64,000 bases of DNA. Origin: Podarcis liolepis. Lineage: Eukaryota. Below are positions 36,301-47,868 of the stretch, one piece after another; the stretch's first letter is position 1; every line of letters begins with the position of its first letter. A model generated the notes under the pieces. That model did not search any database and had not been told where the DNA came from. It saw only the letters and a list, made by a program, of their open reading frames with translations. The stretch lies in NCBI GenBank assembly GCA_965112155.1, contig OZ218101.1; one strand, given 5' to 3'. A program made the position numbers and the translations under genes.

Positions 36301-37890
36301 AGTTTAAAATGAATGGCAGCTGCTCAAGAACATGTTAGCACAATTGTGCAGCTCCTATTCATTCTGATTAGTGATGTCACTGAAACCCATTCATTACCTG
36401 GTTCATTAGACATTATGAATTGAATGCCATTCCCCACAGTAATACTTAAGTGAGATTCTGAGCATGAGCAGTCAGCACTCAGCAGGCCAGGAAAGCAAAG
36501 CTAGCTGTCTCTCAGCAGAGGTCTCATCCACAGGCATGGCACTTCAGAAAGAACTGTAGCTCAGCAGTAGCCACCAGTTTTGAATGCAGACAGTCCCAGT
36601 TTTAACCTTTGGGATCTCTAGTGTAGGAGGGAGGGAATATGATGCAGGTGGAACAAAAGCTCTCAGGGAGCCATTCCCAATCATGGTACACACGAAAATG
36701 GTCTAGATGGACGAATAGTTTGACCTGGTGTGTAGAGTGGATTCTTCTTGTATGCATGAAACAGCATTAAGCACAGAAGCTGCTTAATGCTAACTTTCTA
36801 CTCTGAATGAAACTTTCATTAAGTGCTGTGAATTACATCACCAGACCATTCAATAAAGCAACTTTTTCTTTGGTGTTGTTGTTGTTACAGCATAACAAAA
36901 CAAAATGGAAATACAAAATACCTGTCATAACAACAACAACAAATATCCCCCATCTCACAAACTCATTCAAAAGGCCTATATCTTCCATAATGAATTAAAC
37001 AAAAAACAGACATGAAACAGACATAATCAGAATGTCATTTTTCAATAATTGTACTGTTATCGTGGCTTTGAGATTCTCACGTAAAACAGATTAATTTACT
37101 TCTCTCTTGCAGGTACTAGAACCTGTTGACTGTGGCCAATAGAAGCTGATCAATGGGCACTTTGCAGTAACAAGAATATTCTTGTCTCAAGGAGATACAC
37201 TTGTATGCTGAAAGTCATTTCCACATGCACAAGGTGAAGGCTAAAAATGTTTACTTGCTCTGACTGGAAATTGTATGTTATTAAAGCAATAAATAAAATT
37301 AAAGCAATAACAATGTGGTAATAAACTATTAATATAACATTTTAAACCCATAGGAAATTAGAAATGGATGCTGGTCCCTCTTGGTCTTGCCTGTGTTCAG
37401 ACTTGGAATAAGGCTTCAACCTGCCCCCCCCCAACTTAACCCCCACTTTTTTCTGTTTGCTTTGCTAAATTTAGAGAAGTACTAACATTTCTTCATCACT
37501 GGAAGTTGACTTTTACATTACTTCTGATATATTTTTCTGCTTCTCTATGCCTGAATCCTCTGCCATAGAGACACTGCCAGCATCTAAATCTGATTATTAT
37601 GTAAGATAGCTGGATCACATGGATGGGACATGATCAAAATCCCACACTGTAGAGGTACTACTACAACATGGGTAGAGTTGGATTTTGTGGCCCTTCCCCA
37701 CTTTATATCAGGATAGCAGATGTATGGGAAAGACTCATACAATTAGCTTCCATCCACTTGACTGTATTGCTCACTCCTGCAGCACTGCATCACTCTCACA
37801 GAAGTAGGTCCCACACCAGCAGAAAACTTGGGGATCTTTGTTAACAAACACAATGGTCTTCAAACTTCCTAGGGAACCCCTCCTGCATTT

Positions 37891-38833
37891 TTTTTTAAGA
37901 AGCTTTTTTATTGTTAAAATAGTTCATCATTAATACACATATACAAGCATACAGACATACATTTCATACAATCCTTAAAAGTGTTCAGACATACTTACAC
38001 TCAATCCCACAAATAATTCCTTTCCCCATCACCATCCACCACCCCTCACCCCACCTTTGTGTTTGACTTCCAATCTACTCAATTACAATTTCTTTCCACT
38101 TCTATTACTTTCTTTCACACACCTTTAGCCTAATTTCATACTTCTTTTTCTATTACACATTGTTATCCATCTTATTTGATATTTCAGTATTTGAATCGGA
38201 ACTTGTTTATTCTAATAGGAGTTCTGATTTTTCAATATGATTTTGCAAGTATCTTTTAAACACCTTCCAGTCCCTATCTATCTTTTCTTTTGAAATCCTT
38301 CCAATTTCTTCCATTGTTTTGGATATATTGTAATACTCCAATAATTTGGCAAGCCACTCTGTTTTTGTTGGTATTATACCACTTTTCCAGTTTTTCGCAA
38401 TCAATAGCCTTGCTGCTACTGTTGCATATAAATATAAGGTCTTATCTTCTTCCTTTAGGCTTCCTGGTACTATTCCCAATAGAAAACCTTCTGGTGTTTT
38501 CCTAAATGAATATCTAAACATTTTTTTCATTTCATTATATATTATTTCCCAAAATTGTTTGATGTTTAAACAATTCCACCATATATGTATCATAGTACCT
38601 TTTCCCGTGTTGCATCGCCAGCAGACATCGCTACAATTTTTATTCATTTTTGCTATTCTTTCAGGTGTTAAATACCATCTATGTTGCATTTTAAGGTAAT
38701 TTTCTTTCAGTATATAACACATAGTGAATTTCATATCCTCTTTCCACAATTTATCCCATTGTTCAAACATAATATTTTTCCCAATATCTTGCGCCCATTT
38801 AATCACTGATGCTTTAACCAATTCATCCTTTGT
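37891..38833 (-). mobile_element. 5'-truncated L1 LINE (ORF2 C-terminal zinc knuckle + 3' UTR)
   Basis: Perfect 19-bp TSD GGGAACCCCTCCTGCATTT at 37872-37890 and 38834-38852. T-rich tail. TTT/AAA target site. Uninterrupted frame 38207-38833 with RWYLTP...CWRC-x6-HIWWNC. Confidence 0.95.
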
Positions 38834-38904
38834 GGGAACCCCTCCTGCATTTAAATGTCTTTTACAGAACTCAGGAGCCTCTTGAGTAACCCTATTATAG
38901 AAAA

Positions 38905-39258
38905 GGGGACATGGGTGGTGCTGTGGTCTAAACCACAGAGCATAGAGCTTGCTGATCAGAAGGTTGGCAGTTCGAATCCCCACAACAGAGTGAGCTCCCA
39001 TTGTTCGGTCCCAGCTCCTGCCCACCTAGCAGTTCAAAAGCACGTCAAAGTGCAAGTAGATAAATAGGTACTGCTCTGGCGGGAAGGTTAAAGGTGTTTC
39101 CGTGCGCTGCTCTGGTTTGCCAGAAGGGTCATGCTGGCCACATGACCCAGAAGCTGTCTGCGGACAAACGCTGGCTCCCTCGGCCTATAGAGCGAGATGA
39201 GTGTGCAACCCCAGAGTCACCGGCTATTGGACCTAACGGTCAGGGGTACCTTTACCTT
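38905..39258 (+). mobile_element. Sauria SINE, full length
   Basis: tRNA-like head (GGTGGTGCTGTGG A box, GTTCGAATCC B box) and TACCTTTACCTT tail. 12-bp TSD TATTATAGAAAA (38893-38904, 39259-39270). Confidence 0.95.
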
Positions 39259-39280
39259 TATTATAGAAAAACCTTGCTGA

Positions 39281-39448
39281 TAGAGTTATAGAATCATAGA
39301 ATTGTAGAGTTGGAAGGTATCCTGAGGTACATCTAGTCCAACCCCTGGCAATGCACGAATCTCAACAAAAGCATCCTTGACAGGTGGCCATCCAACCTCT
39401 GCTTAAAAACATCCAATGAAGAAGAGTCCACCACCTTCTAAGGAGACA
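39281..39448 (-). mobile_element. CR1 3' fragment
   Basis: ATAGAATCATAGAATTGTAGAGTTGGAAGG...CATCTAGTCCAACCCC...GGCCATCCAACCTCTGCTTAAA. Confidence 0.88.
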
Positions 39449-42039
39449 GATGAGGCTTTCAATCCATGAGAGGCCAGGCCTTTTGAAACTTGCTACTTGC
39501 CCCATAGCTCTTGTAGATCTGTGTGCAGCTGCCTCAAATGGTGAACAACTGAATTGCAAGTGGCGGCCTTCTCAGTGAAGTACCTTCACAACTTGGACTG
39601 ACTCTGCTCACCAAGGTTGGCTGTTGGCTCCTCCTGGACCAGAAGGACTATAGGAGGGCTTAATGTTCCAAATGACGCTTGCTTGAGCAACATGGGCTTC
39701 CTGAGTTCTAATTTGTCCCAGTATCCTTGGATATTATATTAACCTGCTTGCTGTTGGTTCTGACTTGTCTTGACGACTGGCACATCCGATGGCTTCTGAT
39801 TCGTGGCAACCCTCCAACTGCTGCCTGTGGCACGGTCCTGAAAGTCTTAGAACAAGTTCTGCACTCAACCTGGTAACTGTACTGTGTGGAATAAGATCAG
39901 TGATGGTGGGCAAGCTGATTCTTTGAGTCTTTCTGGTCTGCTTATCACCTGCCGAACTTTGGAGAACTCTGTGGTTTGAGAAGCACTGCAATAGCCTTTG
40001 AAAGAGGCCAACTTCTATACAATACTGCTCAAGTGAGAGAAAACTGACACTGGAAACTGTCTCCAGATTAGCTTTCTAATCCCATAAAAGGCACTAACCA
40101 TGATATTATATGTACTCTAGAGAACATTGCTATACAATATTAAAATGCATTGTTACACGGTGTTCTTATTAGGCAAACTCATATTGAAAAACTGGGTGGC
40201 AATATCTCAGCCCTTTTCACAATGCCTACATATTTAAACTGTTTTCAAATGTAAATACCGCCTACGCATTTTACTACACAATAAAAATGCTTTGATGCAG
40301 CAATGAAAATGCAAATGTGCTTCAACATTTTCTTAAAACAGTTCTAAATGGATAGGTACAACATTCTTGGCTATGCATTAGAAAGTATCATGGATCTTAC
40401 TAATATTTTTAGCGAAATTCACATATAACCATCAGCAGATGGAGATTAATTAATACTAATTACTGTTTGGTTATAGAGAACTGGTAGTTAATCCACACTA
40501 TAGTTTTAAAGTTCTATAGGATACCATCCTCCCTAACTGAATAGTGGCTTCTCTGCTTTTATTTCAACCTACATTTTTTACTAACTGCTGCTGTTAAGGA
40601 TGAAATTGTTATTGCTCAACGCTGGTTTTAATTTGAGGGCTCTATATATTATACCCATATTATGCCCATACAATATGCAGTACCAGCCCTTTGCCTCTGC
40701 TGCTGCTGAGCAACAATGAGGGGTGGAAAAATCAATGAGTTTCAGTTTCTAACACTTTCTCAATTTTCCATTCTTCGGTTCAGTTTGTCATACCTATGCA
40801 TCAGTTTGTAAATTGCTTTTAAAAACATGTGAATATTCAACAGCATTTCAGTGCACATTTTTCCAAATACACATTTTAATGCATTTTGCCTAATATGCAT
40901 ATGTTTTAAGCAATTCCCCCTAACATAATGTATTTTTTATGCTTTTTCCTAATATAGGCATGTTTATGAATATACTTTAGGTGGTAGAAATACATCACAA
41001 AATTCAGAGAAGGGTGACTTTCAAAGGATAGCTTTGTTTATGTGCTGTTTTTTCAAAGGGCAAATTAGGTAGGTTCACACTGAAATGGAATCCAAACTAA
41101 ATTTCTCTCTCAACAGCTGCCATTACTGGTTTGAAGACTTTGGTGCCCTCTTGGTGGTGGGGGAAGTTGCAATACACACTTAGACATCACTTCCTCATTC
41201 ATGTGCCCATTATGATGCTCAGTAAGAATTGTTTTACAGTGCCAGAACTGGACCATAAACATGTGAACCAAGTCTAATCAACTGAATGTATTTTGAATCC
41301 TTTTAGCAAGAGCAAAAACAGAAAAACAAAGACAAAACCAAAATACACAGAAAAAAATCGCACTCATGATGACTGAGAAATCCAGGCACCAAAGAGATGT
41401 CCTGATGATAAGTGGATGAACTGGTATAAAGGGCCTCTGGTCCTACTTTGTTGTCAAGTATTCAAGAGGCATAATCACAATGTCTTTTTAAAAAACAACA
41501 GCAACTCCAAATTGCTTTCCTTGACTGAAAATATGATTTTCAATAGACTTAATTTGAATAGGGGCATACACTAAATTTTATTGGACTTGCCTTCAATTTA
41601 TTTTGCAAGATGAAAGCGTTTAAAGAGTGCTCAGTCATCCTTCAGCCTTCAACAGTTTTAAATTGTACGGGTATGGTCTTCTGCATTTTCATTCACCCTA
41701 CACCTAGTTAATAGCCTACTTTGCTGAATTCATTTCATGCAGATTTCCGGAGACAAAATAGCTTGCTTTTTCACCTCAGAACAAGTGCAAAAATATGTCA
41801 CATGTAATTTTGTTTCTCTCTCTCTCTCTTTTAAAGACAGATCACTGGTATCAGAATTTTCCTATGCCGATTAAATGTCAATTAGCACCTACATATACTT
41901 GTTAAACTACATTTAGAGAATTGGAATGCCTAATGTTTTACAGAACATCAGATCTTTAGACATCAAGCATACCAATTTGGCAGTCTTGGGTTGCAATTCT
42001 AAAGACCCTTAATTGGGAGTAAGTCCCATTGAACACAGT

Positions 42040-42286
42040 GGGTTGGCTCCAGAGTGTTCTGTATACAGAAGGGACTGAGACCCAGAGGAGGAAATAATTT
42101 CAGCTAATTCTATTTTCCCTTTGATCCACCGTCTCCACTGTTCCAGACAGTCCCACAACCCTTCAGAACAGCTTTTCAGTATGCTGCTGGGGAAAAGAAC
42201 AATAAATTAAAATCCACCTATCCCCTTCATCTCCTAGGAAGATCCCATGATCAGAATCCCACTCACAGTAACTCTGGATCCAACCG
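42040..42286. mobile_element. MITE nested in an older palindromic repeat
   Basis: TIR GGTTGGCTCCAGAGT / ACTCTGGATCCAACC. The flanks (GAGTAAGTCCCATTGAACAC... and ...CTTACTTCTGAGTAAGCATGCAT) join into the ~90-bp palindromic family. Confidence 0.65.
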
Positions 42287-42599
42287 ATGTAACCTTACTT
42301 CTGAGTAAGCATGCATAATATTGTGTGGCATTGGCATATCCATGATGTCATATGACTTGAGATGTCTCCTACTTTCTTTCATTCATAGCAGACTAAAAAA
42401 GCTGAGAGGGTTTCCTTAAGAGAATTAGAGTTACGTTATAAGCCTGATTCAACTAAAATGTGGTGCTTGTGGAAGCAAGTGCAACAAGTCCAGCTAATGC
42501 AATGGGGCTTTCTCCCTATCCTATCCTCTCCCCACTCTAGGGGTTTGGGAGAACCCCAGGAACGGTGAACGGTACAACAAGGGAGATGACTGCATCTGG

Positions 42600-43052
42600 C
42601 TTGCACTATGCTCTGGTAACCTTCAGGTTAGATTATTGCAATGTGTTATATATGGGATTGCCTTTGAAGAAGGTTTGGAAACTTCAACTGGTGCAGAATT
42701 CCATGGACACATTGCAAAGCAGTCTGAGAACATAACACCAACCCTGTCCAGACTGCACTGCCTATGGGTTAGTTTCTTGGCCCAAATCAAAGTGCTCGTT
42801 TTGACCTTTGCAGTTCAGGACCCTAGTACCTCAAGGACAGCCTTTCCTCATATGAACTGACCCTGCGACCTGAGGCCCTTCTTCATGTTTACCCTTTGCT
42901 GGAAGTCCAGAGAATGGCAACATAAGAACAGGCCTTTTCATTGGTGGCTCTGCACTAATGCGATGCTCTCCCGAGGGAAGCTTGCTTGGTGTCTCCATTA
43001 CATATCTTTAGTCACCAGGCAAAAAATAATTCTTTTTCTCCTGGCCTTTGAC
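42600..43052 (+). mobile_element. Old diverged L2 3' coding fragment
   Basis: LVTFRLDYCNVLYMGLPLKKVWKLQLVQN, then ITPTLSRLHCL...QIKVLVLTF, with frameshifts. Confidence 0.85.
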
Positions 43053-43053
43053 G

Positions 43054-43054
<1 letters not shown>

Positions 43055-43084
<30 letters not shown>

Positions 43085-43097
43085 CTTCTTCTTCTTC
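43055..43097. repeat. (CTT)n microsatellite
   Basis: About 14 units. Confidence 0.95.
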
Positions 43098-45591
43098 AAA
43101 TTTCTATACTTCCCTTCACCCAATGATTACAGTACCAAAACACAAAAAGACATACTATAATAACAAACAAAACCAATAGCCTATGGCTTCTGTAAGTGGA
43201 TGGGATATTTTAATTTAGCTTTTTAAAAATATAAATATCTTTTAGATTTTTCTTTGTTTTCTTTTACCTCAGTTTTAATGTTTTATCTTGCCAGTTGCGC
43301 AGAGTTCCTGGGGTAAAAAAGTGACCAATAAATTCAATAAAGAAATAAAACTGAAAATAATAAACAAACACATCTGTACAATGTTGAATTCCACACCGTA
43401 TACGTATTTATAATAAAGGGAAATTAACCTGTTTTCCTCAGCTTCAGATCCATGTTCTGCTCTAGTGTAACTAATCTTCATTTTAATAAACACAAAAATG
43501 CCCACGTGAAATATATGATATGCCAGACTTTTGTTGATTAAAAAGTTAAGAGGTAATCCTTAGGTAACTGCTTTGATGGCATAAAATGCATAGATTACAA
43601 ATGTTACCAGCGTATCAAATCAATCTAAACAGAATCTGAATGCATTAATTTAGCAACAGAAGGATTACATTTTACCCACCAGGATGGTAAGGTTTTACTT
43701 CACCATCATCTGTGGGAATTCTGCAGGTGTTAAATTAGCCACAGAAAAGCTTCCCCATTGTTCCCAGAATGATGTAGAAGCATATTGAGAATTACAACAG
43801 AAACATACTGAGAATTAAAATTAAAGGGAAAAGTTAATTAAAAAAATGAATGTAAGAGCTACAGACTTCAAACAAAAGACTTTTCCCTAGTTCAAACTAA
43901 GTTCTTGACTGCATGCATAATTTCACACAAATCAGAATTTAACTTGCTGTGCTTTGCTTCTTCAATAAAAGAGTTTCCCCCTAGCAATTCAGCTAGTAAA
44001 ATATGCTCCATAAAAAGCACATACTGAAATAGATTTCTAGATTCAAAATGTTTTGAGACATGGTACGTCCACGCTGCAAACTAAAGAACCAACATTTGAT
44101 ATGATCTGTGAAACATGTCTAGTTCTCTGCTCCAAACAGTTTTCCAAATAGCCATTCAAATGTAAAAAATAAATTGTTTTGGTGTGTGCAAAAGTGGTTG
44201 TATTTCAGTCACGCAACTGTTGCCAGGAAGGCTATCTTAAGTTGCTGTTCTGAAACCCCCCAAAGGACCCCCAAACAGGAGTGTTAGCAAATTACCTGGC
44301 ATTTCAAGAATACATATGCTGACATTGTCATGCTAACCAATCTGACCTAACCCTCACAAGGAAATATATTTTTTAAAAACTGAGGTAAGCTCATATCTCT
44401 TTTGGTTGCTATGGGCTGAAAAAGATCTACCTTGAGTTCATTGAAATGAGCCCTCCCTAAGCGGCCAATGTGTTTTAAAATCACTTACTTCAATTGTTTG
44501 CAGTTAACAAAATAATAATAATATCAGTATACAAGATCTGAGGACAGTTAGACTCTTGCTAGGAAGAGAAACAGAGAAAGACAGTGGGGAGGAGAGAGTG
44601 GGGAAACACATGAAAGAGGTGTGTGAATAATATCAATTGAGAATGCACCTAGTACTTTCTTCAATTTTTTATTTTTTTAAGCACATCTTCAAATTTTTGC
44701 AAGTCTCCACTTGCTTTTTCCTAAAGCAGGTTCTTCTATCAAGATCTGCAAGGACTAGAAATCATCCTTTTTAATGACATTTGTACAAGATGTAACAAAA
44801 AGTGTGATGCTCTTTTAACGTTGGCTTTAGGCAAGTAGCAATCAGATGGGGAATAAGATCGGGTTTTATCCGTTTGAAACTGATTTTAATTGGATCTTAT
44901 TGCATATGTAGATTTAAATGTACCGTTATAATCTCCGGGCTTTTCTGAAGAGATGGCCTAGAAAACAAGGAATATAATAAAAATAGGAAAATGTAGTCTT
45001 TGAAAGTAACCTCATTCACCCCAAGGCAAAGACTTCTACATCTTGAGAGGGACACAAGAGCCTTTTGTTTCCATGAGGTTCCTGTTCCTATTCAGTGGAG
45101 GAGGAAGATTTGTAAATGATTGCAAAGGGTTCAGCCAAGGTCCTCTCTGCCAAGCATCAAGGTGAAGCAACTTGCTCCATGCACCACAATGAGTGTGAGA
45201 TAGAGAACAATAGGAATTGGTGCTTGAATAGTGCAGCAGAAATTTCTAGCTGGGCAGGAGAGGGCATTTGAGCTCTGCTTCAGGCCTCAGAATGTCTTAG
45301 TCTGCTTCATTTAAATGAATGGGAGAACTGTTCTAAATGGTGTAATTATTTCTGGTCATCAAAGTTTTTCTGTGTATTGTTAAATCACTGAAAATTGCAC
45401 TGGCTGCTGAGCTGTGATACCTCCATTGCTCCTTTGAATGCTTGAAATAGGCTTGGATTTGGGTGGGTTGGCACTCCAAATAACAGCCAGGCTTCATTTC
45501 AAGTAAGACAAATATGAAAAAAGGGTCCAAATGAATTTAAAAATGAAAAGAACTTGGTTTGCTTACCAAAAAGGTCATGCTATCTTTGGTT

Positions 45592-45843
45592 CAGGTAGGT
45601 AGCTGTGTTGGTCTGATGCAGTTGAATTAAAAGGAAGAAGAAGAAGAAGAAGAAGAAGAAGAAGAAGAAGAAGAAGAAGAAGAAGAAGAAGAAGAAGAAG
45701 AAGAAATTGTCCTGTAGCACCTTATAGGCCAACTAAGTTTGTTCTGGTATAAGCTGTTCTGGTATAAGATACCTGACACGAAAGCTTATACCAGAAGAAA
45801 CTTAGTTGGTCTATAAGGTGCTACTGGGCTATTTCTTATTTTT
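45592..45843. mobile_element. Penelope-like element remnant (inverted pseudo-LTR pair) with internal (GAA)n expansion
   Basis: CAGGTAGGTAGCTGTGTTGGTCTG start. 42-bp inverted arms at 45714-45755 and 45783-45824. Imperfect TSD TCATGC(T/A)ATCTTT(A)GGTT at 45575-45591 and 45844-45861. Confidence 0.8.
45633..45705. repeat. (GAA)n microsatellite
   Basis: About 24 units inside the Penelope remnant. Confidence 0.97.
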
Positions 45844-47732
45844 TCATGCAATCTTTAGGTTAGCAAAGGTGCACACTTTAAAATTTCCCTTTTAGGGTGA
45901 GATTTTGTTTTTTCTCGCAGCTTGGAGCTACTGACTGCATGGCTCCCTGCTTTTCCAAGAGAAAAGGGAAGGTGGGGGAGCAGAGGTTGCTGTAAGCCTG
46001 CCAAGCCATAGTGAGTCTGGTAACTTGAGCTCAGGGCTTAGGTTAACCCCTTCATGCACACAAGTATGAGCTAGCAACTGTCTATTACAACAGAAATAAT
46101 ACAGTACGTATCTGCATACTGCATGAAAATCGGCCCTGCCTCCATTCCAGCGTGGACAGAATGCTAACCCCGCCACAAACCCTGTCAGGTCAGCTTGGGG
46201 AGTGCATTTGTGTTTGTATCTTGTTCATGCATCAAAAACTGATCAAAATAGGATGGGCCCTAAACTGAAATAAAGTTCCTGGGCATAAAGTGATTGATGC
46301 CAATCCAGGCAAGCAGCAATTATAAATACGTAGCATCAGTTCACATGCAGACATAATTGTTACAAGCTATTTACCCACCACTGTGAAAAATATTATTCGT
46401 TTCTTTGCTTCTCGTACACTGCCACTTGCAGAAGGACTTATCTTCCCGTTAAGTATACTGCACTTATCATTAAAGAGACCAATCAACATAGCACACTCTT
46501 TGAATGTCAAGTGTGGAAGAAAAGGAGTAAAACATCAACAATCAGTTCATAAAGGATTTTTTTAAAAGAAGAAGAGAAAGCGATGTAATTTTGAACAAGT
46601 ACATTTAAAGAAATGAGCAGAATGGCTGTCCATTTCAGTGAAATAGCTGGAAATTGCTAGTTCTATACTAAAGACTGTTTGAGACATCCTAAAGAAATAG
46701 CAATGGCGCAAAGAACCCTGAATGATTTCACTTCTCCTGCTTGTATCTTCTGGGTCTGATGCGAAGGGCCAGGAAGATGTGCATATTGCTCACACGCAGA
46801 GCTCTACCTCTCCATAAAAGACCATAAAAGATGAATCAGTTATGCTTCCTGTTTTGTAACCTCTTAAAGTCTCTATGACTATTGCTTTGAATTGGTTTTT
46901 AAAAGTTATGGATTATTCAGCCATTACAAAAGCTGGGCAAACACTTCTTAGGCTTTCAGAAGGTGGTAGAAGGACTCTTGGACCCTGCCAGAGCCCTCAG
47001 AATGTTTTCCTGAAGCTGGGTAAGCAACCCTCTACTTTGCATGTGGAGCAGTTCTGGGCGTTCCTAGCTTTATGTGTTTTTGTATATACAAATGGACCCG
47101 AGAACAGAACCCTCACATAAGATGTGAGTTGCCTGAAAACTTAAACAGGCCCCACAGCATATATGTAGCTGCCCTGATCAGTGATTGCAAAATGTATAAA
47201 TGCAGGTTGCCTAACTAGTAGCTAGGAAGTAGGACAGCATTCTTAGTTGTGACACCCCACCTGTCGAGTTCCCTTGCCAGGTGCTCATATCTTTTTGATG
47301 CCAGGAAGAAAAAACATGTTTTTCTCTCAGCATTCTTTAAAAAAAAAAAGGAGGTTGGATTTGGTTCTGTTGCTGTTTTCAGTTTCTGCTTTATTGTCAT
47401 TTTCTGTTCAGAGTTAATTGTTAATTCTATAAAATGTTATGATGATGAACGCACTGGTAAATCTAAAGACAAATTTACCAAATTGCCTACAATGATTGAC
47501 ACAGAAGAGCTCACAAATTAAGGAAACCCCACCCCCTCAATCACAACCTACAATATTTCTCTGTAGCTTTTAGGTGTTGTTTCAAAAAGCTTGAGTTTTC
47601 CTATTCCACGGAACCAGCTGTCCCTTGTTTTGTTTCGTTTTGTTTTCCCCACTTTTCACTGCAGACAGTGACAGACACATATGACTGATGAACTTACCCT
47701 GAGCCCCCATAAGCTCCTGGGACAAGGTAAGG

Positions 47733-47868
47733 CGGTGCTATTTTTCTAGAAAAAGAGGTGCCGGAAGTCACAATGAATGCCTCCCTCGTTCTCTTAGAAT
47801 GCCAATGGCGCCTACCTGAGAGGAGGTGGAACCCAGTTCCAACAGGTTCTGGCTGAAAAAAAGCCCTG
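47733..47868. mobile_element. Short hAT MITE (copy 2)
   Basis: Aligns to 13659-13784. TSD AGGTAAGG / CGGTAGGG (6/8 match). Confidence 0.8.

Noticed and set aside
37113-37310. Strong acceptor at 37112 followed by AATAAA/ATTAAA cluster (terminal exon?)
   Set aside because: Such signals are frequent in AT-rich DNA; no other support.
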